Positions 1-14,832 of a stretch of 64,000 nt of DNA are shown here, in pieces (within the stretch, counting starts at the first letter, position 1; every line of letters starts with the position of its first letter). Source of the stretch: Blastocystis sp. Blastoise (lineage: Eukaryota > Protista > Bigyra: Opalinata); assembly GCA_039096225.1 (NCBI GenBank), contig JBBPEB010000006.1:558001-622000 (forward strand). Direction: 5' to 3'. Both the position numbers and the translations under genes were made by a program. The notes beneath the pieces are model-generated. The model did no database searches. It was not told where the DNA came from and saw only the letters and a list, made by a program, of their open reading frames with translations.

Positions 1-279
1 TTACTATTAGTATAATCATAGTTCGTTTGATGAATACAATGCTCGTTGTTTAAAAATAGAAACTCTATTGAAAATGGTTTCCAACCATTATATTATATAT
101 TGAATAATCTATTAAAATGAAATTTGTATATATACTAAATGAATTATCTCAACTTTAATCTGTATATCCTCCAAATATATTCATATGATTATTATGATCT
201 AAATATTTAAGTCACTGTTACACCTTTATTATTATAATAGTTATAAAAATCATCTTTAGAATACTTATATTCAATTGCT
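1..279 (-). pseudogene. Degenerate TLDc-domain gene fragment (runs off window start)
   Basis: Minus strand reads (R)AIEYKYSKDDFYNYYNNKGVTVT* then, after a frameshift, HMNIFGGYTD*S*D and later GWKPFSIEFLFLNNEHCIHQTNYDY. This follows the TLDc motifs RAS..F...CDnKG.T / IFGGYT..SW / FLFtL, with stops and a frameshift. Confidence 0.6.
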
Positions 280-299
280 CTAAATATATATTAATAAAA

Positions 300-559
<260 letters not shown>

Positions 560-1785
560 GATAGAACAAAAGGTGATGAATTATTTAATAATGTACAATA
601 TACAAAAGATAAAGAAATTATGAATAATATAATTCATTAATTCCATTCTTTATATTTATATTTATATTAAAAACATAAGCTATTCAGTCTCCTAGAATAT
701 GATTTCTTTCATTTCCATTATTTTATATGAAAACTGTGATTATACTAATTCAAATGATCTTCATAACTTCAAGACTACTTAGCATATATAAATATAATTA
801 ATAAACATAATTTCTAAATGAATAGTCGAAATGAAACAACGTACAGATTCTTTATATATATATATATAATGAGTTATTTTTTTAAATAACATATATCTTT
901 ATTAAATACTTTTTTTTATAATAAAGTATTATAAAAAACTAGTTCATAGTTTTATTTATGAACAAAATGATTTCGTTCAGCACATTCACTATTATTAACA
1001 AGTTATCCTATCTAATATCTTTTCTGTGGATTGAGTATCTATTTTTTCTTATATCAATTCGCCAAGAATACATAATTTACTCTGTTTTTTATATTTTCTT
1101 ATATTATAATAATAGCATTTTCAAGTATTGTTTAAAATTATGCAATAGTCCTATATTATCAAATATAAAACGAGTATTGATAAGACTAATCACTCCAAAT
1201 AAGAAAATATTTATTTACTTGAGATAAGTAAGACATATATATATATAATCCTCCATAATTGAATAATAAAAACCTAATATGAAAACATTACACATTTCCC
1301 TAGTATATTCCAGAGTATCTGATGAATTTTTTGGTTGATACATGGTAATCATAATCCTTTTTTATATTCTATTTATTTCAGCATATCATATTTCAAAATA
1401 TATATATTTTGTATGAACAAATATTTGCCAATTAATATATAATATTAATTATTTATTTGATTTTTTATTGTTTGCTTTGTCAAATATTTTAAAATTATAC
1501 TCGAGAAATATTATTATACTAAGAACAAAACAATATTCAACTAAATGTATTTCTAATAAAATAACATATAAATAAATAATTATGATTCTTGTAAACAGTA
1601 TCAATACTTTATATGATAGAATGGAGTATAAGAGTTTTTGCAAGGACTATGAATAAAACTAAAGGAAACACAGAAATAAAGAAATAATTAAAAATAGATA
1701 AAACAGTTATTACAACTGGTATTAGACACCTCTCAGTTACTCGGTTATACTTTTACTTCCATATCTATATATTATAATGATAGCA

Positions 1786-2168
1786 TTATTTAATAGACAT
1801 ACGACGAATGCGATCAGGAGAAATATTTTTCATTCTATAATAATCACAGATTTGTGTTGGTATTTTAGCTAATAATTCTTTTCCTATATAAATAGAGTAA
1901 TATAAATATGAATAATTTAATGACTGTTATATATACCTATAACACAAGGAGTTTGATTGGGCATTTCTTCAATAGGAACAAATTGTACTATATATATATA
2001 TATTGTAAATACTATATAATAATAAACAGATTATAAATCAGTAATTATGAAAGAATATGTATATAAAAATACCTATATCTCTTTTAGATTCTATTCCGTT
2101 CGATTTAAGTCTTCCATTTGCACCATTTAAAATCTATATATATATATATAATTAGATAAGTTATATAG

Positions 2169-2220
<52 letters not shown>

Positions 2221-5203
2221 ATAAGTTATATAGTTATATATATATATATTACTTTCATATTTGTAAAATCAGTATGTCCAACACCAATAATAATAAATGA
2301 AATACATTCTGTAGAGGCGTACATATGAAGAAAACAAAAAATATAAATTTATAATAACAAAAAAAAAGACAACAAATAGAATCAAATAAAGAATTACAAA
2401 TAATAATTAATGATATAATATATAAATTCAAAAATAAGAATAAAATGGATATTTTCACAAGTTCTTCAATTGTATCATCCATATCATCAATAATGCCATC
2501 TGTAATAATAAGACCAAGCATATACATACCTTTCTTTTCAATAAATTTAGCAGCACTATAGAATAAGATAATAATTCAACTAATGCACATATAAATATAT
2601 ATAATAATAATCACTGAAATATTTTTTAGTTGTTATATATATCAATAAATAGTTAAGTATATATATATATAATATACGTTACAAAGGAAATAATGGCAGG
2701 AGATAAGAATGTAGGTCCAGCGAGATCAACGCGTTTTATTGCATATCGATAATCGTTAAGAACATCAACAAAGTAACGTGCCTATAATATATAATTATAT
2801 ATAATTATATATAATAATATATATAATAATATATAATTATATATAATATATAATAATACATAATAATATATAATAATATATAATAATATATAATAAGTTA
2901 TATATTGTTAATAATTCAATAACAAAAATACTTCTGTCTTTTTCCCTTTTTCAGGTATAGGAAATATATATGGCGGGTCTTGTTCATTTCCTTTTATAAC
3001 CCCTCCAAAACCAAGAGCGGGAAGAACAAAAGTACCACAATATTGATCAATAATATTTCCTAGATATATGTAATCGATATAAACAAAAAAAAATCAATTG
3101 AAAAATATACCGATAGCTATCATAGCTTTTTCATAACTATATATCAATTATAGAATTAGAATATATATATATATATATATAGTATACCTGTTATGTTCAC
3201 TTGATATATAATGATTTGAATTGATATCATTCGGATCTCCATTTGAACTCGTCAAATCAATTGCAGTCTACATATATATATAGATATTATAATTTCTTTT
3301 ATTAGTATATAAAGTATTGAACAATCATTGATGCATTATATATAATAGCAAACAATAGAAAATAGAAAAAGTAAATAAAATCAATATAATAATATATTTT
3401 AATATAATTATGATGACTTTATAAATACCAATAAACAGAAACTCAGTCCATTTCGAACATAATCTTCAAAACTATATCCTTGAGAGACAGTTCTAGAACC
3501 ACTAACGTAACAATTACCAATACTATTTATAGTAAAAAGTCAAAAAAAAAACATATTAGAATTATTTTTTATTCAAAATATCTTACGTTATTAATTCTGA
3601 ATATAAAAATAATCATTTGTATATACCTTCTTCCAGTACTGTCCTGTAAGTTTAGAGTAGTATTATTAATTATATCTTGAACATTTGTCTATTTATATAA
3701 TAAATAAATTATTATTTATTTAAATTCACATCTATATACATTTGTTTTTCCAACTAATTCTGGTGAAGAACCTTTATTCTTTGTGAATAATTCAATACCA
3801 ATATTTTTCTATAATAATTATTATATAAATGTAATTAGTCTATTAACATATTATTATTATATATAAAAGAAATAAGAGAAAATATATATATATATATATA
3901 TATATACTCCATCTGTTGCTATTTCTTCATCAATTTTAGCAGTTTCAAAAGAATCAGTTCCTTTTTTCATTTCACTTTTATATATAACTTGGTCTACTCC
4001 ATGATGATTTCTTACATATTATTAAAGAAAATAAGATTATTACCAATTTTTTAAGTAGAATAATGATATATATAATATTATGTATAAAAGATATTTTTCA
4101 AAAAATAAAAGAAATCTGAATTACCTATTTTTTTTATAATATCTATAATATTATAAAACATACATAGAATGAATTATTATATATACCACTAAAATTAAAG
4201 TTTAAAGAAAGTAATCTCTTGTTACTGGTTGCAGGCTTTGTATTCTGTATGATCTATATAGATTCATGTTATATGAATATTAATATTTATATATATAATA
4301 TATATATTGAATTAGAATACTGTTTAAAATAATATATACATAAATATATACATTTATGGTACCTACTGGATTACCATCAAATCCTTTTAAAGGAAAAGAG
4401 ATATCACCTATCATATTACTTAAACTTGTTAATGGAAAAGATGAAACACCAAAAACATCACACTCTTTGACAGGTACCTATATAATAAATATTTAAAAGA
4501 ACCATTAAAATAGTATTCTTAATTATATGATATTATATTATATTATATTATATTATATTATTTATTCTATTATATTAATTATTATAATATTATTATATTT
4601 ATTACATTACATTATACTTAATATCATATTATAAAAATAGAAAAAAACTTTATATAATCAAATCAAATTCTATAAATCAAAATATATTTATATACCGAAT
4701 AAATGTCTTTTTCATTTTCGGGTTTTTGGAGCAACATCATCGCCATATTTTGAAAGAGCTCAAAACAATACAAAAAGGAAATACTACATGAGAATGTGCA
4801 ACTATAAATATAATTATAAATAGTTTCTATACATGATTATTGACTAATTGAAATGAGATACTCAATAGAGTTCCAAGTAATAGGATAACGATCGACCTCT
4901 ATCAAATCTCCTTTCACCAGTTTGAATATGCATATGAACAAATTTGGAAAAGATATAGAAGGAATAGTAAAATTCAAATTGAATGTGAACTTGAACTAAA
5001 TCAAAAACATATGTTTTAGATGATATATATTTACATAAAAATGGAAATTTTTAAATATAAATATTTACATCTAATTTATGAAACACTGTAGCTGATTCTG
5101 ATTCGATAATAGCTAATTCACCATCATTTTCAAGTAGAAGCACGCTTTTCTCAACATATTCGGTACTAGTCACTACACAAGAAGTGCTCATGCAGTTTCC
5201 CAT
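1786..5203 (-). CDS. Copine (C2-C2-vWA), N-terminally acylated; many exons
   Basis: Spliced reading: start MGNCMSTS; vWA motifs YSFEDYVRNGL, TAIDLTSSNGDPNDINSNHYI, PALGFGG, LAGPTFLSP, LIITDGIIDDMDDT, SFIIIGVGHTDFTNM, VQFVP, LLAKIPTQICDYY; stop TAA at 1786-1788. Confidence 0.9.
2319..2452 (-). other. AT-AC (U12-type) intron in copine
   Basis: GTG AAA|ATATCCATTT...TTTCTTCATATGTAC|GCC TCT gives EELVK-ASTECISFIIIGVG in frame. The nearby GT-AG alternative is out of frame. Confidence 0.8.
4012..4094 (-). other. Probable AT-AA U12-type intron in copine
   Basis: TTG AAA A|ATATCTTTT...TTTCTTTAATAATATGTAA|GA AAT restores GNSDFFYFLKRNHHGVDQVIYKSE. The GT-AG options I tested hit stops. Confidence 0.55.
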
Positions 5204-5470
5204 TACTAATTAATTGTTAAATATATCTTGAAAACAAATAATTTATTTAAAAACTGTGTTTTAAAATTGTTTCAGTTTTTGAAAAACTACAAATTTTTTC
5301 TAATCATGTTCCAAAACCGAGAAGTACCTCATATTCGACAGAGAAACAAAACTTTAAAACTTTATAAAAACATATTCGTTTCTCTGTAGCAAATTCTCAG
5401 AATATTTAGTATGCAATATATTTTTAAAGAATTCTACGTTGATGTAAAGAAGACAAGAAAATAAAAGCAT

Positions 5471-5544
5471 GCTTCTGTGGCGCAATTGGATAGCGCACCA
5501 GACTTCTAATCTGGGGGTTCTGAGTTCAAGTCTCAGCTGGAGCT
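5471..5544 (+). tRNA. tRNA-Arg(TCT), intronless
   Basis: Cloverleaf: GCTTCTG/CTGGAGC acceptor, GCGC D-stem, CCAGA-CT TCT AA-TCTGG anticodon arm, CTGAG-TTCAAGT-CTCAG T arm; T-run (Pol III terminator) at 5549-5555. Confidence 0.95.
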
Positions 5545-6138
5545 TCTCTTTTTTTGTTTCTTTTAATTTTTCTATTTGTTGGTTTTATTATTTGTAATCT
5601 AATAATGAGCATCGAAAGTTGTTTGTTACCTATTTTAAATCTAGAGTTTTTAATTGCACCATTAGAATACCAAAATAAAGACTCAAGGAAATCATGATTT
5701 TTGATAAATGCACTTATATGTTCTTCACAATACTATAGACTATTATGTAAAATAAATTATACTAAATTTTTAGTCAAATTCTTATAAATAAATCTTTTTT
5801 CACATTTATTCGTTAAAGCAGAAATTATCATAAAAATGTTATCAAATTTCTTTATTTCCTGAACTTTTTAAAGAAGAAGCGTTTATATACATTTAAAAAA
5901 AATAAAATATAATCGTTGTGTATGATATATCGATCTTTATATAATAGACATATTATATATGCTTTTTAATACGATTGTTGCCGTTTGAAAATAAAATTCC
6001 ACTTTTTATTTATTAAATTTTAGTATATTCTTATTCTTAACTATAATACATAACGTTTAACATAATTTACATTTACTAAGATATCATAATTTACATGAAA
6101 AAAACAAATAGAAAAATTAAACGAAACAAAAAAAGAGA

Positions 6139-6212
6139 AGCTCCAGCTGAGACTTGAACTCAGAACCCCCAGATTAGAAGTCTGGTGCGCTATCCAATTG
6201 CGCCACAGAAGC
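6139..6212 (-). tRNA. tRNA-Arg(TCT), identical second copy
   Basis: Exact reverse complement of 5471-5544, with its own T-run. Confidence 0.95.
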
Positions 6213-6384
6213 ATGCTTTTATTTTCTTATCTTCTTTACATCAACGTAGAATCATTAATCTCAAACTAGCACTAATTTACTAAAAATCCTTCAAAGTGTT
6301 GTTGCGTCAAAGTTTTTATATTGTTAAATATTAGATATCTCATTCAATTATTGATTACAGTTGTATTGTAATAATTTAATATAT

Positions 6385-9300
6385 ATGAAAGAGATTCTGC
6401 TTATTTTAATTCTTCTTTTCGTTGAATGTAATATGTTTCTTGTTTATATCCAGAATCTATATATCCTAGGTATTGCAATACATCCAAATAATCTGCATGC
6501 GATTGAAATAACCCAGAAAACGGATACTTTTATTTCGTTAGATTCATTCCTGGTTCGTATATCAACTCAGAACTATACGGATGTGTCTAAACTATCTGAC
6601 ATATCTATATTTTACAGAAATGATCACGTTTATTATACTTATTATTCAACAGTGTCACTGAAATTAAGTTATTCACTTTGTTTTACTTATGTGTATGCAC
6701 TATGAATTATATTATAATATTAATATTTTTCTAGAAAGCATTTAAACAAGGAATCCTCAATACAGACCACTTTACGATTGCATAATGTCGTTCTTTCAGA
6801 GCACAATTATCAAGTAACATCCTCTGAGAATTCTACACATTATTGTGTTCCTCTTGAATGTATACTTTTAAAAATCTTACTTATAATTATATTATTATTC
6901 TAGTTCATAATATTAAGGATTTCGGTAATATTCTTATTAAGGATAATAAAAATTCATGTTTTTGGAACACTATTTTATTAAAGAATAATTCCCAATTTAA
7001 AATGAATTTAGATAGAAATACAGATTATTATTATTATTATTATTTAATAGATAATAATATACATTCTGATCAATCTATTACGTTTCATTTCAGTCGATTT
7101 GATATATTATATCTATTTGTAAATTCTATTTCTATTTATGAAATCGATTCGTATATATAATGATAATAATAATTATTCAGTTGTTTTGACATTTATTGCT
7201 TAATTTTTATAATTCTTATATTTATTTCCATATATATAGGTCTGAAAAAATATCAAGTCAATTACAAACGACATATATAACGTATATATATGTATAGTTT
7301 TTTTGTTATATATTACCTTTATATACATACATTTATATGGATATGTAGTATATATTATTATTACTCCTATACTATATATAGTATAACATGCCCATTATCT
7401 CTTCTGTTAAAAGATCTCTCAACTTATTCTTTAGATATTCGTATTATTATGAATAAGTCCACTCATTCTATTTCTCCTTTTCTTATTCAATTTCATGATT
7501 ATAAAGGTATATAAGTTATTATATTATATGTTTATTATATGTTTATTATATGTTTATTATATTTATTATAGTATTATTTTTATATCAAGTATTAAATATA
7601 TAATATATTATAATAATAATAATATATATATATTGATTTATTATAATCCTACATAAAAAGAATCTAGACACAAATTCTTTTATATCTTTATATATTCTTC
7701 TTCATTACTATATACATATCATTATATTTATATAGATATGGCTTCATTAATGTATATAACACATTTTTCTTGTTCATCATTTCTATATCTTGAATCTCTA
7801 CCTTCTTATATCATATATCCATCATTAAATGATTTAATCTCTACTTCTATTACTTGTTCTACATCTATAAATACATTCCTATTTATAGATTCTATATATA
7901 TACTATATCCTAATATTTCTTCTTCTATGTATTATACAGCAATATATATATCTTCAATTATAGACTCTTATAAACATCTCTATTCATATTCATATCCTAT
8001 TACTACAAAGAGTTATTTGCTAAATTCTTCTTCTATTCATTCTTTTTCTTCAATTTATTTTAATATACAAATATATCCTATATATTCAACTATATCAATT
8101 CAATCTTATTCATCTATACATCAAATCTATAATCCTTATTATTCTTATTTATCAAGTTATAATCTCTCTTCAATCTCTTTATTCTCTATGAATAAAATAT
8201 TTTCAAAAACTAATAATACTATTCAATCTATTCATAAGACTATATCTTCCTGGAATACTGTTCCTAAAGATCGAAATACAGAATTATCATATCCACAATC
8301 AGAAATTATGACATATATATATTCTGATATATCTATTTCTCCAACAAATCAATTATATAATAAATTTAGTACTCGACCTTCTCTTCCTTCTTCTTTATCT
8401 ATAGACACAATTGAAGGAACTATTACTGGCTCACTTGATTTTAATAATACTATACAAATAACTATTTATGCTTATAATAAATATACACAGTCACCTTCTT
8501 CATTTGTAATTACATTTAAACCTACTTCTTGTCCTATTGGACGTTGTGTACTTCTCTATATGCATAAATCAAGTACAAGTACAAATAACTATGAAAAAGT
8601 AACTGTTACAGCAAATGATAATACAAAACTGACTGTTTTTGAAGGAGGAAAAGAAGGTACGATTGAATTTCGAAGACGATGTATATGTAATCAAGATTAT
8701 TATATTACATTAGAAACAACTTCTACAGAAGGTTGGGAAGATCAATCTTATTTAGAATTATCTATTAATCCTATGAATATTAATCATACTATATCTCTTG
8801 GAAGATATACATTGTTTTCAGAAACTTCTAAAATATATACATTATCATCAATATTGAATACACTTTCAATAACAACTCTTTATTATTATTACACAGATAT
8901 TATTCCTAATAATTGGTATAATGATACTACTTCTGAAATGGAATGGAATAAACAAGAAACCACAATAAATGATGATTTCAGTATTAAAACAAAAAATAGA
9001 TATGTATTCTTAAAAATATCTTTACCGTTATATAGTTTAACAAATCAAATTATGTCTTGGTTCTTTATGTATAGAAGTCCTTATATACCTGATAATAATA
9101 TAGGTATACGATTGTATATAAATGAAAAATTATTTACAAATTATAATTTTGGTGATTCAAATGAAGAAAAATGCTTTTTATCTTCTTTTTGCTCTTTCGA
9201 ATCAAATGAATATTCTTTAGATAATAAAGATAATAATATAGATAATAAAGATTATAATAATAAAGATTATTATGAGAATAATAATGATAATAATAATGAT

Positions 9301-12300
9301 AATAATAAAAATTTTAATAATAAAGATGATAATAATACATTTAATAATAATAAAGATAATACATATAATAATAATGAAATTACTTCTATAAATACAATAT
9401 GGAGATCTACTAATGGTGTGATATCCAGTATTTATAATAAAAATGGATTCTTTAATATAACTATGGGAATTGATTTAAAAATAAGTCAAGAACTATTATT
9501 TCCTTTTAATGGTGTATTCTATATATATAAAGATCCATCTCTATCGATTACTCATCTATTTGATTTTGAATCAATGTCTACATCTCCTTCTTCTTCTATT
9601 ATTCATGCACTAGATATGTATCCAGGACATTTCTGGTATACAACTCCTTCTACTTGGAATTCTATGGCCACTATATATATACATACAAAAAATAATGAAG
9701 TAAATCATGTTAATAAAATTTGTTTTATTTCGTCAAGACTTTTTCCAGAATATGATCCTTATAACATTATTATTAAACGATCCTTATATACTTATTCTTA
9801 TCCTATATTATCTTATACACAAATACGTTGGAAAGGAAGACATACTCGTAAATGTTTATATATAGAAGATAATAACAGTTATATAACAAATATTACTATA
9901 GAATTATTTGAACATATCGATCAAATGGATAATATGCAATATATGTTAACAGAAATTGAATTATATTCTATTGATATAAATAACTTAATTATGCCTTCAT
10001 TATCTATTACTCCTCAATATATAGAGGGATATGTAAATATTCCTATTCCTTATCAATATTCCAGTTCCGAATATTATACACATTTCTCTATATCTTCTCC
10101 TTCTTTTCCTTCTCTTCTTATTGATTCAACTTCTGGAACTATATATGGTCAATTCAATACAACTTTAGAGAAAACTTCTCTTTATTATGATATTCAAACA
10201 GTTCAAGGACAAATTATTCAATATACTGGATCTATAGAAATTAATATATGTAATAATACAAAAGGTATTATTTCATTTTTGTTTCCAGCTTATTTAAAAC
10301 CTTACGATGTTATTATTACATTAAAGAATACATATAATGGTATTACAAGAATACAATCGTTAACTGTGTATCGCAAAGATCAATATTTATATTTATGTGA
10401 ATATATTGATATATATTCTATTACTATTTCTACTTCTATTTTTTATCCATGGTATAATACTCCATTTTATATATATACACAAAAGAATAATTTAATTTAT
10501 CAAGGTATCTTATCTTCTCAACTATTTCATATTACTCTTTATCATACAATTGGAGATATATTTTCACCCAAAACTTCTTTATGGAGATATTTGAATATAG
10601 ATACACCTGCAAATAATCAATGGTATACTAAAGAATATGATAATACTTTATGGCCTAAAGCTATTACTATATCATTACCTCCTCCTTTTGGAATAACACA
10701 ATATTATAAAACACAGTTTTATATATATACATTATCATTATATTCTATATTACAAATTACTATACATACTTATGGAGGATTTGTATTTTATTTTAATAAC
10801 CATGAATTTATTCGATATAATTTACCAGAAGGAACAATCACATATGAAACACCATCTATTGAAGAGAATATAGAATCCTATGATTTTACATTTCATATTC
10901 CATTATTTTATGTGAATAGTAGTATTAATGCAAATATTATAGGTATAGAAATACATAAGAAGACTCAATTACCTTCAATTCTTGATTTTGATATACATGG
11001 TTTATTAATAGAACAGAAACCAAATTTAATTAACGATGGTATTTTATCTTCAAATGTCAATATATTAGATACATATTCATTAATATTTTTAATTGATCAT
11101 AATGTAAATACATATTTCTATACGAATTCTTTATGTACAGATGCTTATTTTGATTATATATATAATAATAATAAGAGAGTTTATGTGAATTCCTATAGTA
11201 TTCAAAGTACATCATCGTGTAATCAATTACATCCTTCATCTTGGATATTTCAAGGGAGTAATAATCACGGGGAATCATGGACTTTATTGCATTTTGCATA
11301 TAATGAATATTTTATTCATTATAATCAAACAAAAACATTTTTCTTTACTAATAATATTGGATATAATATATATAGAATAACAATTAAGAATTGTACAAAT
11401 ACTCCATTAGCTCCTGTATCAAATGTCACATGCCCTTCTTATGGTTTTCAATTACAAGGAATTCAGTTTAGTGTGAAAGAAGCTGAATATAGTTGTACTG
11501 CTATTTCTCCATATAATAATGCTTTTGAAAATACATATAGTTATCAATCCTGTCCTATATATTATAAAGGTATAAAAAGACGTTTATGTAGAAATAAACA
11601 ATTTGAAGGAGAAGAAAATTTATGTGAATCACAAGTAGATTTATCATTTAATTATTTGAATTATACACCTACATTATATGTTAATATATCTGTTTATTTA
11701 AAATCTACTTTAAATTATCCTTCTGATTCGATTACTAGTATTCCTTCTCTTCCTGCTTCTCTTTCTTTTGATAATTATGGTAATATTTATGGAATACCCT
11801 TATCTTCTATGAATCCTACTACATATTCTATAACAGCGATTATTAATAATATTCATATTACCTCTTCTTTAACCTTTCAAATTCTTATAGGACAATGTTT
11901 ACAAGAAGATCAATGGCCATTAACAGTTGCAGGTACAAATTTTACTATATTATGTCCAGATCCTATTAATTATGAAGGATTTATTACTCGATATTGTTCT
12001 TCAATACCTCCTTTCTTATGGTCAGATATATATAATAATTGTACATTAAAGAAACCTTATATATCTTATCCTGAATCAGTAGTTATTTTATATCGTGATG
12101 ATTATATTACTCCAATTGTTCCTGATTTAACAACAGGTGATTTTTATCATATTTCTATTATTCCAGAATTACCTGAAGGATTGAAATTTTATGAGAAAAC
12201 AGGTATTGTTGACGGTATGCCTACAGTAGAGAAAACTACAGAACATACAGTTACTATTATTAACTCTCAAGGGAAATTCAGTACAACTATAAAACTTATG

Positions 12301-13050
12301 ATAGTTCGTTTAGAATGTTCGAAAGAAGATGGATGGAGTGTCACTACACAATATCAATATGCATATAAATTATGTCCTTTAGGATATGATGGTGTTCAAA
12401 CACGTTTTTGTCGACATGTCTCTTATGGTAAATGTGAATGGGGTGATATTAATATGAAGAATTGTTTTATATATGATAATAATGAAAAACCAGGATCGAA
12501 TAAATTATTTGTATATATATCTTTTATTATGGAAGGTATTCATTCTATTTCTTTTTCTGATCCTTATTCCTATGAACAATTTCGACAGTTCTTTGAGAAT
12601 TATATGGTTTCAACATCTATCTCTACATATTCAATCCGAATTATAACAATTCGACAAACATCTATTACTTCTGTTTCTATCGTTATTTGTATACATATAA
12701 AATCATCTTCTTATGATACATTTAAAAATATAATATATAAATTTATTAACGATTCTTATGATAATCCAAATACTCTTATTTATATATGTCAAAAAAGTAA
12801 TATTTCTGCATTCACTTCTGTTTCTTCTATATCTTTTGAAGGAGATGGATTTCAAAAAGTTACTAATGGATTTGAACTTGATGCATTTACTATTGTTATT
12901 ATATGTACTGCTTGTGCTATTCTTTTATGCTTAATTTCTATAGGAATATGCTGTGCTTTACCTAAAATCAAATTATATTATCGATTAAAAAGTATTAAAA
13001 GTGAATATAAAAGACGACTTCCTAATGAACCACGTGTATTACCCATGTAA
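6385..13050 (+). CDS. Large type-I membrane surface protein (putative Ig/He_PIG-like, jelly-roll/discoidin-like and Cys-rich HRM-like repeats)
   Basis: Signal peptide MKEILLILILLFVE, small 5' exons, then a ~5.3-kb exon. Ig-like motifs PSLPSSLSIDTIEGTITG and PELPEGLKFYEKTGIVDGMPT; discoidin-like PSSWIFQGSNNHGESWTLL; repeats C..DxWP.T..G...CP...G...R.C...W; TM AFTIVIICTACAILLCLISIGICCAL and a basic tail. Confidence 0.8.
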
Positions 13051-13749
13051 ATGTTTACTATGTAAAAAATTTTATTTTATTAAAGTACTTATTAGTATAT
13101 ACTTAAAGATATATTTTAAATCACATTTTAGTCATTTATAACACTGTTTTAATTTCTTAATAAATACTTTTTTTCTTTTTTATTGATATATTCTTTTCAT
13201 TTTTCAAATTATTTGTGTTTATAATTATTCTCGTTGCTTCTACAAATCAATCATCATTTTTAAATACATAAATCTATACATCGTTTAGTCTTATTATAAA
13301 AAAAAACATAATAACTCTCTTGATCCAAGTAAATCATCATGACAATGTTTATTATGACAATTTTTATATTTCAAAACTTGCTGAATTACAAAAATAAAAC
13401 AATAAACACTCACAATATTTAAAAATAAAACTTTATTTCTCAGATTCAATACAATTGTGTCCATTTTTTTTCTGAAGCTATAGTTACTAATCATGTGTAT
13501 GTATCACAAACAAATAATATACGAATTATACTATTTAAACTTGATTAGAATATACTAGGAACGATTTTTAAAATCAATAAGAATAAACATGAAGAATTAT
13601 ATTTTTAGACTTCCTTCAAAGAAATAACCAAGGGGAAATAAGAGAAAATTAAATGTATTATTATCTTGGTTATGTTTTTGTATTTAATAAAAAAGACTTC
13701 TTTTATCCGAAATTTTTCATTTATTTATTGTTATTTGAAAAGAATAAGT

Positions 13750-14793
13750 ATGGAAGTGGAACCAAGTACTGCTGACATGCCAGAAGAGACTCATCTTCGA
13801 TCATTTAAGATTCAAATGTTGCATTCAGATCAATATGTAGAAATATTTGAAGATGAATTGCCTGATGATCCTAAGGAAATCATTGGGTTGATGGTCAATG
13901 AAATGGCTCCTTTAAAAATATGGATTCAAATTGCTGTATTTGTTGTTTCATTTACTTTTCTTCTTTAATTTTTTCTTCTAATAGTTGTAATATGCTTCAT
14001 TTTTTAATGAAATGATTATATTCACATATATTTTATTATTTTTAGGCTGAGTATTGGAAACAGAAAAAATATACACAATTCAAAACTATGTTAACTCAAG
14101 TTAGTGGTGATAATCTTCCTCCTGTATTATCAAATCAATATGAAGAACGTGTGACTATTCTCAACTATTTGACTTTCTATGAAGTATCTTTTATTGGAAT
14201 GATTCAAATGTTATATTATTTTTATATTTTTAGATTCAATTTTGCAATGATATTAATACTGAAAATGCTATAGTATACACTTATTATAAAATTATATAAT
14301 AATTGTTTTTAATGTTATATATATATATATATAGATAAATGACTTGATGAGACGTTCTGAAATTTTGGCCCAAGCGGATCCACGATTATTATCTTCTATT
14401 TTTATTATTAAAGGAATTTATAGATATAAAAAAGTATATATGTTATTGTTTTTATTTGTAAAATAATTTAATTGTTTTTATGTTATTATGTTATTATATA
14501 TATATATAGGGTGATTATGGTAAGGCTTCTGAAGCATTTAATGCTGGATTAAAAGAAGATAGATATAGTATTTCTGCTTTAGTGGGTATATATTATATAT
14601 TATATATTATATATTATATATTATATATTATATATTATATATTATATATTATATATTATATATTATATATTATATATATAGGAATAGGACTTATATCTTT
14701 AAATAATGGTAAATATGAAGATGCACGTAAAGCATTTAAAACTGCACTTATACGTATATATATATATATTATGAGTATAATAATAATAATAAT

Positions 14794-14832
<39 letters not shown>

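Larger units (their letters stand above)
5431..6252. repeat. 150-bp inverted repeat (5431-5580 / 6103-6252) with 522-bp spacer
   Basis: Each arm includes the tRNA plus ~40 bp upstream and ~36 bp downstream; 2 mismatches seen. Confidence 0.9.

Noticed and set aside
140-215. In-frame TAA/TGA at Q/W positions suggesting stop-codon reassignment
   Set aside because: Accompanied by a frameshift; intact genes use TGG/CAA and end in TAA.
5431-6252. tRNA inverted repeat as a MITE or SINE
   Set aside because: No target-site duplication or tail; both tRNAs look intact with terminators.
13048-13070. Blastocystis-type stop codons completed by polyadenylation (downstream TGTTTGTT)
   Set aside because: Every gene end I reconstructed has an encoded stop, and I saw no exact, correctly placed motif.
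14184-14233. GTATCTTT donor as a U12 GT-AG intron in CTR9
   Set aside because: No U12-like branch site, and GTAT is the general donor here.
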